NCBI GenBank assembly: GCA_965203325.1
Contig: OZ241875.1
Location: forward strand, 4,328,712 to 4,392,711
DNA: 64,000 nucleotides
From: a bacterium
GTDB taxonomy: Bacteria; UBA8248
Direction of reading: 5' to 3'
The position numbers and the translations under genes are program-made. Under the pieces are notes generated by a model. The model was not told where the DNA came from. It did no database searches and saw only the letters and a program-made list of their open reading frames with translations. How positions within the stretch are numbered: position 1 is the first letter of the stretch; every line of letters begins with the position of its first letter. This document shows positions 38,748-47,265 of this stretch, piece by piece.

Positions 38748-39587
38748 ATGGCAACAAGCACGAAAGAGCAAGTGCGCAAACCGAACCTCACAACCCGTGA
38801 TGAAAAATTGACGCCCCCTCTCAAGTGGGCCGGCGGCAAGCGGTGGCTCGTCCCGCATATTGAGAGTTATTGGAAGGTGCATAGCGAGCGGCGGCTCGTA
38901 GAGCCTTTCTGCGGCGGGCTGGCCGTCGCGCTGGGTCTCCGCCCCGAACGCGCGCTTTTGAGCGACATCAACGCCCCGCTCATGAATTTCTATGCCTGGC
39001 TGAAGAAGGGTTTGTCACGCACCCGGATCGTGATGCGCAACGAGCCTGATGCCTACTACGCCCACAGGGAGCGGTTCAACGCGCTTCTCATGAGCGGACG
39101 AGGGCGCAACAAGGAGGCGGCGGAGCTTTTCTATTACCTCAACCGCACGGGCTACAACGGCCTTTGCCGTTTCAACGGCAAGGGGGAGTTCAACGTCCCC
39201 TTCGGACGCTACAAGCGCATCAACTATGTGCGGGACTTCACGGTCTACCGGGAGACTTTCGAGGGCTGGGAGTTTCGGTGCCGGGACTTCGCGTCGCTCC
39301 CCATCGAGCCCGATGATTTCATTTATGCAGATCCCCCCTATGACGTAGAGTTCACCAAATACGCCAAAGAGGATTTCTCCTGGGCGGATCAGGTGCGCCT
39401 CGCGGAGTTTCTCGCCGCGCACGAAGGCCCCGTGGTGCTCTCGAACCAGGCGACGGATAGGATCGTGGAACTATATGAAAAAAACGGTTTCGCCCTTCAG
39501 TTCCTCGAAGGTCCGCGCCGGATCAGTTGCACCGGCGACCGTTCTCCCGCCAAGGAGGTCCTGGCAGTGCGAGGGATTGAGAAATGA
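38748..39587 (+). CDS. Dam-family (D12 class) N6-adenine DNA methyltransferase
   Basis: PPLKWAGGK, EPFCGG, DIN, NRTGYNGLCRFN.KGEFNVPFGRY, DPPY. Confidence 0.95.
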   Translation: MATSTKEQVRKPNLTTRDEKLTPPLKWAGGKRWLVPHIESYWKVHSERRLVEPFCGGLAVALGLRPERALLSDINAPLMNFYAWLKKGLSRTRIVMRNEPDAYYAHRERFNALLMSGRGRNKEAAELFYYLNRTGYNGLCRFNGKGEFNVPFGRYKRINYVRDFTVYRETFEGWEFRCRDFASLPIEPDDFIYADPPYDVEFTKYAKEDFSWADQVRLAEFLAAHEGPVVLSNQATDRIVELYEKNGFALQFLEGPRRISCTGDRSPAKEVLAVRGIEK

Positions 39588-40006
39588 GTGCTGCACGCAA
39601 TACGCGAACTGGCAGTGTCTTGGAAGCAATGGTACTGCCTGCGTTGACGAATGGGGGATATCGTTATCAAACACAAGTGCGTATTGGTGAAAGGCCGAAT
39701 GGAAGACGTCATTACTTGGATGTCTTGGCGAATGACGATGATGACAATGAATATCTCATCTCACTCAAATGGCAACAGGTTTCCGGCACCGCCGAGCAAA
39801 AAGTTCCTTATGAAATAATATGTCTCGCCGAAACGATACAGAAAGGAAACGGCACAAAAGCATATCTTGTCCTTGGTGGTTCCGGGTGGAGTCTACGCGA
39901 TTATTATTTGGAAGGCGGCCTAAATAGTCATTTAGTACATGCGGAATTAGTCACCATAACCGACTTGGAAAATTTCGTCGCTATAGCGAATCAAGGCAAG
40001 TTGTGA
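39584..40006 (+). CDS. Short PD-(D/E)XK-superfamily nuclease, putative cognate restriction endonuclease
   Basis: G..LE, HYLDVL, ISLKWQQVSGTAEQK; ATGA overlap with the MTase; lower GC. Confidence 0.75.
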   Translation: MSAARNTRTGSVLEAMVLPALTNGGYRYQTQVRIGERPNGRRHYLDVLANDDDDNEYLISLKWQQVSGTAEQKVPYEIICLAETIQKGNGTKAYLVLGGSGWSLRDYYLEGGLNSHLVHAELVTITDLENFVAIANQGKL

Positions 40007-40200
40007 AAAAGGGAGAGGTGTTGAGACAAATCATCATCAAACGCGGAAAGGAGGGTTTCTGGGTCGCCGAGTGTCTGAGCCTGCCCGGCTGCATCAGCCA
40101 GGGCCAATCCAAGGAAGAGGCCATTCAAAATATCCGGGAAGCCATCGAGGGTTATATCGAAGTCTTGGAGGAAGAAGGGGAGCCGATACCTTTGGCATAG
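40003..40200 (+). CDS. HicB-family antitoxin (short; no HicA adjacent)
   Basis: FWVAECLSLPGCISQGQSKEEAIQNIREAIEGYIE..EEGEPIP; GTGA overlap (alternative TTG 40021). Confidence 0.88.
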   Translation: MKKGEVLRQIIIKRGKEGFWVAECLSLPGCISQGQSKEEAIQNIREAIEGYIEVLEEEGEPIPLA

Positions 40201-40217
40201 TCCTCCTAAGAAAGGAA

Positions 40218-40241
40218 GGGGCGCATATATGCGCCCCCTAC
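40218..40241. repeat. GTAG-REP-like palindrome, possibly a bidirectional terminator
   Basis: GGGGCGCATATATGCGCCCC followed by CTAC, between convergent genes. Confidence 0.6.
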
Positions 40242-40269
40242 AATTCCTTCCGATTGGATTTGTTTCCCC

Positions 40270-40932
40270 CTACTCACCCCCATCCTGAAACGCGATGCGC
40301 TCGCCGGGAGGTTCCACGACGAGGTGAAGCGCCTCGGCCACGCGGCCGGTCAGGTTCCACAGCCCGCATATGAGAGTCAGGGAGACGAGCTGTTCGGTGG
40401 AGAAATGTTTTTTCATGGCCTCGAACGCCGCGTCGTTATTCTTCGCCGTCAGGTTCGTGACTTCTTCTGCCCAGTTGATAGCGGATTTTTCCTTCTCGTT
40501 AAAGAGGTCGTTTTCGCGCCAGCCGTCGCCCTCCAGCAGATTGATTTTTTCCTGCGAGATGCCATGAGCCCGACCGAGCTCGACGTTGTGCCCGAGTCAG
40601 TTGTTGCATTCGGTCAAGATGGCCGTCTTGATGATGACGAGCTGGGCCATGTGGATGTATTCGGGGTCGGTGTCCCGGTGCTGGACCCGGAGCTTTCCGT
40701 CCATGATCTGCCAGCCCTCGACGAAGCCGGGCGCCCAGCCAAGCAGGCGCAGGAAGCGCGACACCTTGCCCCAGCGCTTTACGCCGCGCTCATAGAGGGG
40801 CGCCAACTCTTCGGCCAGGTGTTCGGGGATGTCGTCGGGGTCGATGAGCGGCACGCGGGGGAGGGGGCAGGCCATCATCTCCTCGGTGACGCCCATATCC
40901 TGAGAGAGGCCCGTGGCTTCGTTTATCGGCAT
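40270..40932 (-). CDS. AhpD/carboxymuconolactone decarboxylase-family putative selenoprotein (CNNU motif, 220 aa)
   Basis: In-frame TGA at 40597-40599 in TECNN(U)LGHN; frame stays open with CMD-like sequence (FNEKEKSAINWAEEVT..HFSTEQLVSL..WNLTGR) to TAG 40270; SECIS-like hairpin follows the TGA. Confidence 0.85.
40561..40596 (-). promoter_or_regulatory. Putative bacterial SECIS element
   Basis: mRNA GUC-GAGCUC-GGUC-GGGCUC-AU-GGC hairpin; apical loop GGUC begins after a 21-nt spacer from UGA. Confidence 0.75.
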
Positions 40933-41030
40933 GGCGAAATCCTTTTCTGGTAATGCGTGAACGGTTAAGAGCGAGAGGCCATTCTGGCGTAATGCTGGGG
41001 GTGGGATCAATGGGGGAGGAGTCTATTTAT

Positions 41031-41079
41031 GTAGGGACAGGTCGCGACCTTTGGACGGACACTCAGGTCCGCCCCTAAC
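41031..41079. repeat. Degenerate GTAG-type REP pair
   Basis: GTAGGGACAGGTCGCGACCT ... GGACGGACACTCAGGTCCGCCCCTAAC, similar to the 14218 and 42456 copies. Confidence 0.65.
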
Positions 41080-41109
41080 TACCAGTTATCAATAGTTTGT
41101 GCGTTCCGC

Positions 41110-41454
41110 TCACCTGATGACGGACGAGCTTTCTCTGCTTGCGAAGGGGAGGTAGTGGCACGGAATGCAATCGGTGGCCTGGGAGTATGATTCGCGCTTG
41201 AAGTGAGCAGGCGTCAACCATGGATCGCGCGGACCCGCCTTGCCGGGTTGTTCGGGCCTGGCGCGCATGTCGAGCGAATCGAAGGCGGTCATGATGGCGA
41301 TCAAGCGCTGCGCGGTCGGCTCTTTCAACGTGTGCTTGCTTGCCTCGGCACCGGGGATGGGGCGGTTCCCTGTGAGAAATGAGGTTAGGGGAATGAGGAC
41401 TCCACCGAGCCACGCGAAGATGAGAAAGAATGTGAGGGGTAAGAGTTTTTTCAT
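41110..41454 (-). CDS. Small exported/membrane protein with a C-terminal CxxCH motif
   Basis: GGGAG RBS; MKKLLPLTFFLIFAWLGG signal or TM; DCIPCHY. Confidence 0.55.
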   Translation of the reverse strand: MKKLLPLTFFLIFAWLGGVLIPLTSFLTGNRPIPGAEASKHTLKEPTAQRLIAIMTAFDSLDMRARPEQPGKAGPRDPWLTPAHFKRESYSQATDCIPCHYLPFASRESSSVIR

Positions 41455-41584
41455 GGCGTGTTCTCCCGCGTTTGCGGCCATCTACGCCATGTCTTTGTCA
41501 GCGGCCAGGAAGAAGAAGGCCGCCTATGTGATCCAATATGGTTCCCGCCGCGACTTCGCGCAAGGCGTCAATTGCGATTGAGGA

Positions 41585-41861
41585 GGGGTTGTTGAAAAAG
41601 CTATCCTATAGGGCCTGTGGCACACATTCGCTGCCCTTGCCCATAATACCTTCCTCATCCCGAGTAGGCGCGCTTGCGCGCCATATCGAGGGAGCGCCCT
41701 TCGACAGGCTCAGGACAGGCCCTTCGATACGCCGCCTTCGGCGGCTACTCAGGGTGAGGCAGATACGGTGACCATGTAAGACGAGGGTCAAACCCTTGAT
41801 CTTGACGCCCGTGATTCGTTTTAGCCGTCATTCCGGCATTGCAAGTCTTTTTCAACAGCCC
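41585..41861. mobile_element. Second MITE-like element of the same family
   Basis: GGGGTTGTTGAAAAAG ... CGTCATTCCGGC ... CTTTTTCAACAGCCC; 41719-41759 is the exact reverse complement of 38377-38417. Confidence 0.75.
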
Positions 41862-41966
41862 GAGAAGGGAGCGATTGTTCCGAACAGCTCAGGTTCATGA
41901 ATAATCAGCGGACGTGCAGGCTCACCCCTGCGCACTGTAAGATGTGCGCGAGGAGGCGACGGCGAA

Positions 41967-42434
41967 ATGTACGAATTCATCATCGCGCAGAGCAAAGAGG
42001 ATTACCGCGAGGCGAGGGTTTTGCTGCGCGAGTACGAGGCCGCGAGCGAGGTGGACCTCTGCTTTCAGGGTTTCGAGGAGGAAGTTGAGACTCTGGAGCG
42101 GATGTACGGCCCGCCGGGGGGGAGGTTTCTCCTGGTGCGTGCAGGAGACGCCATAGCGGGCGGCGTCGCGCTTCGGGATTTGGGCGGCGGAATCTGCGAG
42201 ATGAAGCGGCTTTATCTAAGGCCCGGTTTCAGGGGGCGCGGCCTGGGGAAAAGGTGTGCGGAGCGAATCGTCGACGAGGCGCGGGCGATGGGCTACGCCG
42301 TGATGCGCCTCGATACGCTTCCCACGATGCAAGAAGCCATCGCCCTTTACCCTTCGATGGGTTTCGCGGAGATAGACCCGTATATTGAGAACCCCGTTCC
42401 GGGCGCGCTCTTCATGGAGTTGGCGTTGGGGTAG
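41967..42434 (+). CDS. GNAT family N-acetyltransferase
   Basis: CEMKRLYLRPGFRGRGLG, MRLDTLPTM.EAIALY. Confidence 0.93.
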   Translation: MYEFIIAQSKEDYREARVLLREYEAASEVDLCFQGFEEEVETLERMYGPPGGRFLLVRAGDAIAGGVALRDLGGGICEMKRLYLRPGFRGRGLGKRCAERIVDEARAMGYAVMRLDTLPTMQEAIALYPSMGFAEIDPYIENPVPGALFMELALG

Positions 42435-42455
42435 GGTTCCAGCCGTGGAAATAGC

Positions 42456-42598
42456 GTAGGGACAGGTCCCCGCGCCTGTCCTGACGGAGGACAACCACAG
42501 GGGGTTGTCCCTACGGTTCCCCACACCTCCGGGTGGGCTTGACGCCGGAATGATGATCAAAGGCGAAAAGCAGGGCGGACACAGGGGTCCGCCCCGAC
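42456..42598. repeat. GTAG-type REP cluster (BIME-like)
   Basis: GTAGGGACAGGTCCCCGCGCCTGTCC / GGACAACCACAGGGGGTTGTCCCTAC / GGGCGGACACAGGGGTCCGCCCCGAC. Confidence 0.75.
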
Positions 42599-42632
42599 AG
42601 CAACGAGCCTTGCCTTTTTGATTGGAACCCCG

Positions 42633-43043
42633 CTACACGCCCAGCGCTCTCCTGGCCTTGCCGTGATCCTTGGGATTCACCCAGAAGATGGCGCCGTAGC
42701 GCTTTCTGCCCGCGGCGATGGCCGTGATGGCGGTGATGTTGATGCCGGCGTCACCGAGCTTGGTGAAAATCGGCAGCAGCGCTCCCGTGCGGTCCGTGCC
42801 CTCGACGAGGAAAGCCTTTTTCCGCGGGCTGAGCTTGATCTTCGCCTTGCGCGCGAAGGAGGTGAAGGCGCGTGCGTCCTCGGGCACGATGTCGACCTGA
42901 ACGCGCCTGCGCTCGGGGAATGCGTGCACCGCCAGCAGGCTGACGCCGGCATCCTTCAACATGGAGGCGAGGGCGGCGCCCTCTCCCGGTTTGTTGGAAG
43001 CGGTCATGTAATAGTAGGGTACTTCACGAACTGTCTCGGCCAT
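42633..43043 (-). CDS. ACT-domain protein (tandem ACT)
   Basis: NKPGEG..L..AGVSL and DRTGAL...LGDAGINI repeats. Confidence 0.8.
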   Translation of the reverse strand: MAETVREVPYYYMTASNKPGEGAALASMLKDAGVSLLAVHAFPERRRVQVDIVPEDARAFTSFARKAKIKLSPRKKAFLVEGTDRTGALLPIFTKLGDAGINITAITAIAAGRKRYGAIFWVNPKDHGKARRALGV

Positions 43044-43571
43044 TGCCTGTCTCCTGATTGACCCGGCGTCGCGGGGGGCGGTTATTCTCGAATCATGGGC
43101 CGCAACTAAGCGCGCGCCTCAATATAAATAATCATACAACACGAGGCGAGGGCAGGGAAACGGGAGAAATCCCGAGCGAGGAGGGAGGATCGTGTTGATC
43201 AATGCGGCGTGATTGTTCCGCCCTGGAAGCAGGGAAACACCGCTTCGCAATATCTCCGAAAACGGGAGCTCTCGCTCATCGGTCGAAGCGAATCTCACGC
43301 GCCGTCCATGCGCTTCGAAAGATGGGAAATGCACTCGTCCATGGGCACCGCTATCTCGCGCGCATTTCCCCGCATTTGCCGTCGGCGGTATTCCGTCGGG
43401 ATGGGCGAGAATCCCTCACGCGACAGCGCGTGTTCTCATGGACGAGGGCAGGGGGAGAAAATGGAAGGGCGATTGGGCATCGGATCGGAACCGCAGCTAC
43501 TTTTTGAGCCACGGCGAATTTCTTCTCCGCGGCCCAGTGAACCGCTATCGAACCCGGATAGTGGCCCTCTG

Positions 43572-43637
43572 GGAATTCCTGAAAATATCGATAAAATCCG
43601 ATAAATTCACGGGGTTTTTCGATAAATAACTGAAAAT
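43572..43637 (+). repeat. 66-bp AT-rich element with three CGATAAA boxes; inverted copy at 61878-61943
   Basis: 58/66 identity by hand alignment to the reverse complement of 61878-61943. Confidence 0.85.
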
Positions 43638-43690
43638 ATAAATTGGTTTAATAAATTGTCATAACCTACTGATATATAAGTTAATTTAGC

Positions 43691-44950
43691 TCAGGCGGGC
43701 ATGACTTTCGGGTGCTCGAGCATCTCCTTGAGGGTAGAAAGGAACTCGGCCGCCGGCGCGCCGTCCACCACGCGGTGGTCGGCGTTGATGCCGATGAAGG
43801 CCGTGGTCCTGGCCACGACCTCGCCGTTTCGAACCACGGCGCGCTCTCGCGCCGCCCCCACCGAGAGGATGGCGGATTCGGGGTGGTTGATGATGGCGCT
43901 GAAATGGTCGACCCCGTAAGCCCCCAAATTCGAGACCGTGAAGGTGCCGCCCTCGAGCGCATCCAGGCCTAAAGCGCCCGCGCGGGCCGCATCGGCCAGC
44001 GCTCGCGACTCGCGCGAGATGGCGTCGATGGATTTCTGGTCGGCGCCTCTGATGACGGGCACCATCAGCCCCTGATCGACCGCTACGGCTACCCCGATGT
44101 TCACGTCCTGCATCTGCTCCAGGGCGTCTTCGGTGAGGCGAACGTTCACGGCCGGGCAGCGGCGCACGGCGCGGGCGGTGTAGAAGAGAATGAGGTCGTT
44201 GATAGATACCTTGACGCCGAGGTCGTTTTCCCACGCCTGGCGGCTGGCTTCCCGCACGGCAAGGAGGTTGGTGAGGTCCACCTCGGCCTGCATGGTGATG
44301 CGCGGCACCTGGGACCAACTGGAAAGCATGCGCTCGGCGATAATTTTCCGCATTCCGGCCAGGGACGTGGAACCCGCCACGGCCGCGGGGCCGCTCGCGG
44401 CGGCCGTTACGGCGGCAGGAGTGCCCGATGCCGCAGCCGCTCTCACGTCGGCCTGCACGATTCTCCCGCCCGGGCCCGAGCCTTTGATAGCTCGGTAATC
44501 AATTCCGAGTTCGCGGGCCACGCGCCTGGCGGCTGGACTGGCGAAAACTCGGCCTTCAGGCGCCGGCTGAGCAGGGGCAGGGGCAACCGGAGCAGGTGTT
44601 GGCGCCGGGGCGGGTGGTGGTGCCGGGGGCGTGGACGCATCTGCCGCCGCAGGTTCGGTCGCCGCCACGGGAGCCTTGGCCGGCGCACTTCCGAAACTGC
44701 TGATGTCCTCTCCCGCCTCGCCGATGACGGCGATATCCGTGCCGCAGGGGATGACGTCTCCCTCTCCCGCCAGCGTTTTTAGCAGGAGACCGCCATCCGG
44801 CGATTCGACCTCGTATTCGACCTTGTCGGTCTGGATGTCGAGGATGATCTCGCCCTTTTCGACCGCTTCACCCTCACCCTTGCGCCACTTGAGGATTGTT
44901 CCTTCTTCCATGGTAAGGCCGAGTTTGGGCATCGGGAGAGGGGTGGCCAT
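43691..44950 (-). CDS. Dihydrolipoamide acyltransferase (E2)
   Basis: MPKLGLTMEEG/TDKV lipoyl domain, ASPAARR E3-binding domain, DHRVVDG. Confidence 0.95.
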   Translation of the reverse strand: MATPLPMPKLGLTMEEGTILKWRKGEGEAVEKGEIILDIQTDKVEYEVESPDGGLLLKTLAGEGDVIPCGTDIAVIGEAGEDISSFGSAPAKAPVAATEPAAADASTPPAPPPAPAPTPAPVAPAPAQPAPEGRVFASPAARRVARELGIDYRAIKGSGPGGRIVQADVRAAAASGTPAAVTAAASGPAAVAGSTSLAGMRKIIAERMLSSWSQVPRITMQAEVDLTNLLAVREASRQAWENDLGVKVSINDLILFYTARAVRRCPAVNVRLTEDALEQMQDVNIGVAVAVDQGLMVPVIRGADQKSIDAISRESRALADAARAGALGLDALEGGTFTVSNLGAYGVDHFSAIINHPESAILSVGAARERAVVRNGEVVARTTAFIGINADHRVVDGAPAAEFLSTLKEMLEHPKVMPA

Positions 44951-44985
44951 GAATCTGTGCTCCTACTATTGAATAAGCGTTGAAG

Positions 44986-45966
44986 TTATACCGTCTCTAA
45001 CATACCACGAACACCGGCGATTACGTCATCTTTGTCGGGAATGACATAGGATTCGAGTTTGGGCGAAAAGGGCACTGGTGTTTCCTTGGCGCAGACGCGT
45101 TCAATGGGTGCATCCAGGTAATCAAAAGCGTCTTTTGCGGCCAGGGCGGCAATTTCCGCTCCCCAACCGCAACGCTGCACCGCCTCATGGGTGATGAGGA
45201 GCCTGCCCGTCTTGCGTACAGAAGCGAGAATCGTCTCCGTGTCCAGCGGGAAAAGCGTTCTGGGGTCGATGATCTCGCAACTTACGCCCTCTTTTTCAAG
45301 TTCCTCCGCCGCGTCGAGCGATTTTCCGACCATCGAGGAAGTGGCGACAATAGTGAGGTCGCTCCCCTCTCTTTTCACTTCGGCGACACCGATGGGGATG
45401 ACTTCTTCCTCCTCGGGGACGGCGCCTTTTGCCAGATATAGAAGTTTGTGCTCGATAAAAAATACAGGATCATCATCCCGTATGGACGCTTTCAAGAGGC
45501 CTTTGGCGTCACGCGCACTGGAGGGCATGACTACCTTGAGACCCGGCACGTGAACGAACCATGCTTCCAGGCTTTGCGCATGCTGGGCGGCGGAACTGCG
45601 TCCCGCACCGCCCTGGGTTCTGATGACGAGCGAGGTATTCGCCTTGCCGCCAAACATGTAACGGACCTTAGCGACCTGGTTGACGATTTGATCCATAGCG
45701 ACGGCGGAAAAATCGATATACATTAACTCCGCCACGGGCCGCATGCCAACGAGTGCCGCCCCCAGGGTAGCGCCTATGATGCCCTGCTCGGATATAGGTG
45801 TGTTCCTGACCCGCTCAGCGCCGTATTTATCCAGTAGCCCCACGGTCGTCTTGTATGACCCGCCGAACTCCGCGATGTCCTCTCCCAGCAGAAAAACCGA
45901 GTCATCCCTCGCCATTTCCTCATCCAGGGCCTCGATAATTGCTTCTCGGTATAAAATCTCGCGCAT
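44986..45966 (-). CDS. Acetoin/2-oxoacid dehydrogenase E1 beta subunit
   Basis: GEDI, NTPISE, AAQHAQSLE, DPVFFIEHK. Confidence 0.95.
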   Translation of the reverse strand: MREILYREAIIEALDEEMARDDSVFLLGEDIAEFGGSYKTTVGLLDKYGAERVRNTPISEQGIIGATLGAALVGMRPVAELMYIDFSAVAMDQIVNQVAKVRYMFGGKANTSLVIRTQGGAGRSSAAQHAQSLEAWFVHVPGLKVVMPSSARDAKGLLKASIRDDDPVFFIEHKLLYLAKGAVPEEEEVIPIGVAEVKREGSDLTIVATSSMVGKSLDAAEELEKEGVSCEIIDPRTLFPLDTETILASVRKTGRLLITHEAVQRCGWGAEIAALAAKDAFDYLDAPIERVCAKETPVPFSPKLESYVIPDKDDVIAGVRGMLETV

Positions 45967-45977
45967 TTCCCTTTCCC

Positions 45978-46949
45978 TTATACGGTCGCGTAGATATCCG
46001 TCATGGCGTCGTCAAGCTCGGGTTCCGGGCTTTTCCGGGCGAATTCGATGGCTTCTTCCATCTCTTTGTTCACGTTCGAATAGATGGCGTCGATACTTTT
46101 TTTGCTCAACCATTTTTTCTTCTCGAATGTTTTGGCGAAAGTAATCAGCGGGTCGCGCTTGAGCCACTTGCCCACCTCTTTGTCGTGGCCGTAAGCGGTG
46201 CCGGGATCACCCACGTAATGGCCTAGAAAGCGCATTGTTTTCGCTTCGATCAGCGTGGGACCTCGTCCTTTGCGGGCGTGCTCAATCGCTTCGCCGGCCA
46301 CTTCGAAAACGGCTTGGGGGTCCATGCCATCGACGACGATTCCAGGGATTCCATAAGCCTTGGACCGATCGGCAATGTCCTGTACCGCCTGATGTGTAGC
46401 GCGAGGCGTGCTTTCCGCAAATCCGTTGTTCTCGCAAACAAATACAGCTGGCAGCTTCCAGGTGGCGGCGATGTTGATGCCCTCATGGAAAGCACCTTCA
46501 TTGCTGGCCCCATCGCCGAAAAAACTCACGACGATGTGTTTTTCTCCCTTTAGCTTGAGCCCCAAGGCGGCGCCGGCGGCGATTGGAATGCCCCCGCCCA
46601 CGATGCCATTCGCCCCTAAAGCCCCAAGGTCCTGATCGGCGATATGCATGGAGCCTCCTTTTCCTTTGCAATAACCAGTCGCGCGAGCGTATAACTCGGC
46701 GAACATGCCCTTGTAGTGGAGACCCTTGGCGATCATGTGTCCATGGCCACGGTGTGTGGATGTGATTTGGTCTTTCGGGCTCAAGTGAGCACATACCCCG
46801 GCGGCGACGGCTTCTTCGCCAATGTAAGCGTGGAGAAAACCCGGCAATTCCCCTGCCTGGAATAGTTCAATAGAACGCTCCTCGAACCGTCGAATGCGGA
46901 CCATCGTTTCGTAAATCCACAGGGCTTTGGCTTTTGTCAATCGAATCAC
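45978..46949 (-). CDS. TPP-dependent acetoin/pyruvate dehydrogenase E1 alpha subunit
   Basis: STHRGHGH, GKGGSMH, FFGDGA..NN TPP motif; GTG start after GAGG. Confidence 0.95.
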   Translation of the reverse strand: MIRLTKAKALWIYETMVRIRRFEERSIELFQAGELPGFLHAYIGEEAVAAGVCAHLSPKDQITSTHRGHGHMIAKGLHYKGMFAELYARATGYCKGKGGSMHIADQDLGALGANGIVGGGIPIAAGAALGLKLKGEKHIVVSFFGDGASNEGAFHEGINIAATWKLPAVFVCENNGFAESTPRATHQAVQDIADRSKAYGIPGIVVDGMDPQAVFEVAGEAIEHARKGRGPTLIEAKTMRFLGHYVGDPGTAYGHDKEVGKWLKRDPLITFAKTFEKKKWLSKKSIDAIYSNVNKEMEEAIEFARKSPEPELDDAMTDIYATV

Positions 46950-47162
46950 GGATTTACCTCTTTGTTGATGATTACGCCACAATCAGGATGCGACTCAATT
47001 ATTGGGCAAGGATGCCTGCGGTCGCTATTCGAGAAAACCGTATAGCCGATTCACCGTTCGCTTTATTCCAAGACATTACATCCGCTCAATTCGGCAGAAT
47101 TTAACATGCCCCCATATTTTCGAGCAAGAAAGACCTCATGTCTTGGAAGGAAGCTAATACAC

Positions 47163-47245
47163 TTGCGCTTTGCCTTAATGGCGATTAAAGTATCGGTGAT
47201 TTTGACTGTTGAGCAAGTGGGTCAATTGATGGCCCATTTTTTTAT
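47163..47245 (+). promoter_or_regulatory. Sigma70-type promoter and rimP leader hairpin (attenuator-like)
   Basis: TTGCGC-17nt-TAAAGT; AAGTGGGTCA-loop-TGGCCCATTT stem followed by a T-run. Confidence 0.65.
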
Positions 47246-47265
47246 TCAATCTCAGAATAGAGTTT

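Noticed and set aside
40324..40953. 209-aa plus-strand ORF
   Set aside because: Antisense shadow of the AhpD-like gene; no recognisable motifs
40597..41010. ORF-track 137-aa protein, or a pseudogene reading of the AhpD-like gene
   Set aside because: The stop falls exactly on the redox Cys position, the downstream frame is intact and a SECIS-like hairpin follows; Sec read-through is the simpler explanation
43119..43629. Overlapping ORFs of 70-140 aa in the gap between the ACT gene and E2
   Set aside because: No motifs or clear RBS; the region is better explained as non-coding repeat DNA shared with 61.7-61.9 kb
47099..47126. Possible dif site (ATTTAACAT resembles a XerD arm) in the low-GC trough
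   Set aside because: Only 9 nt match; the spacer and XerC arm do not fit the consensus
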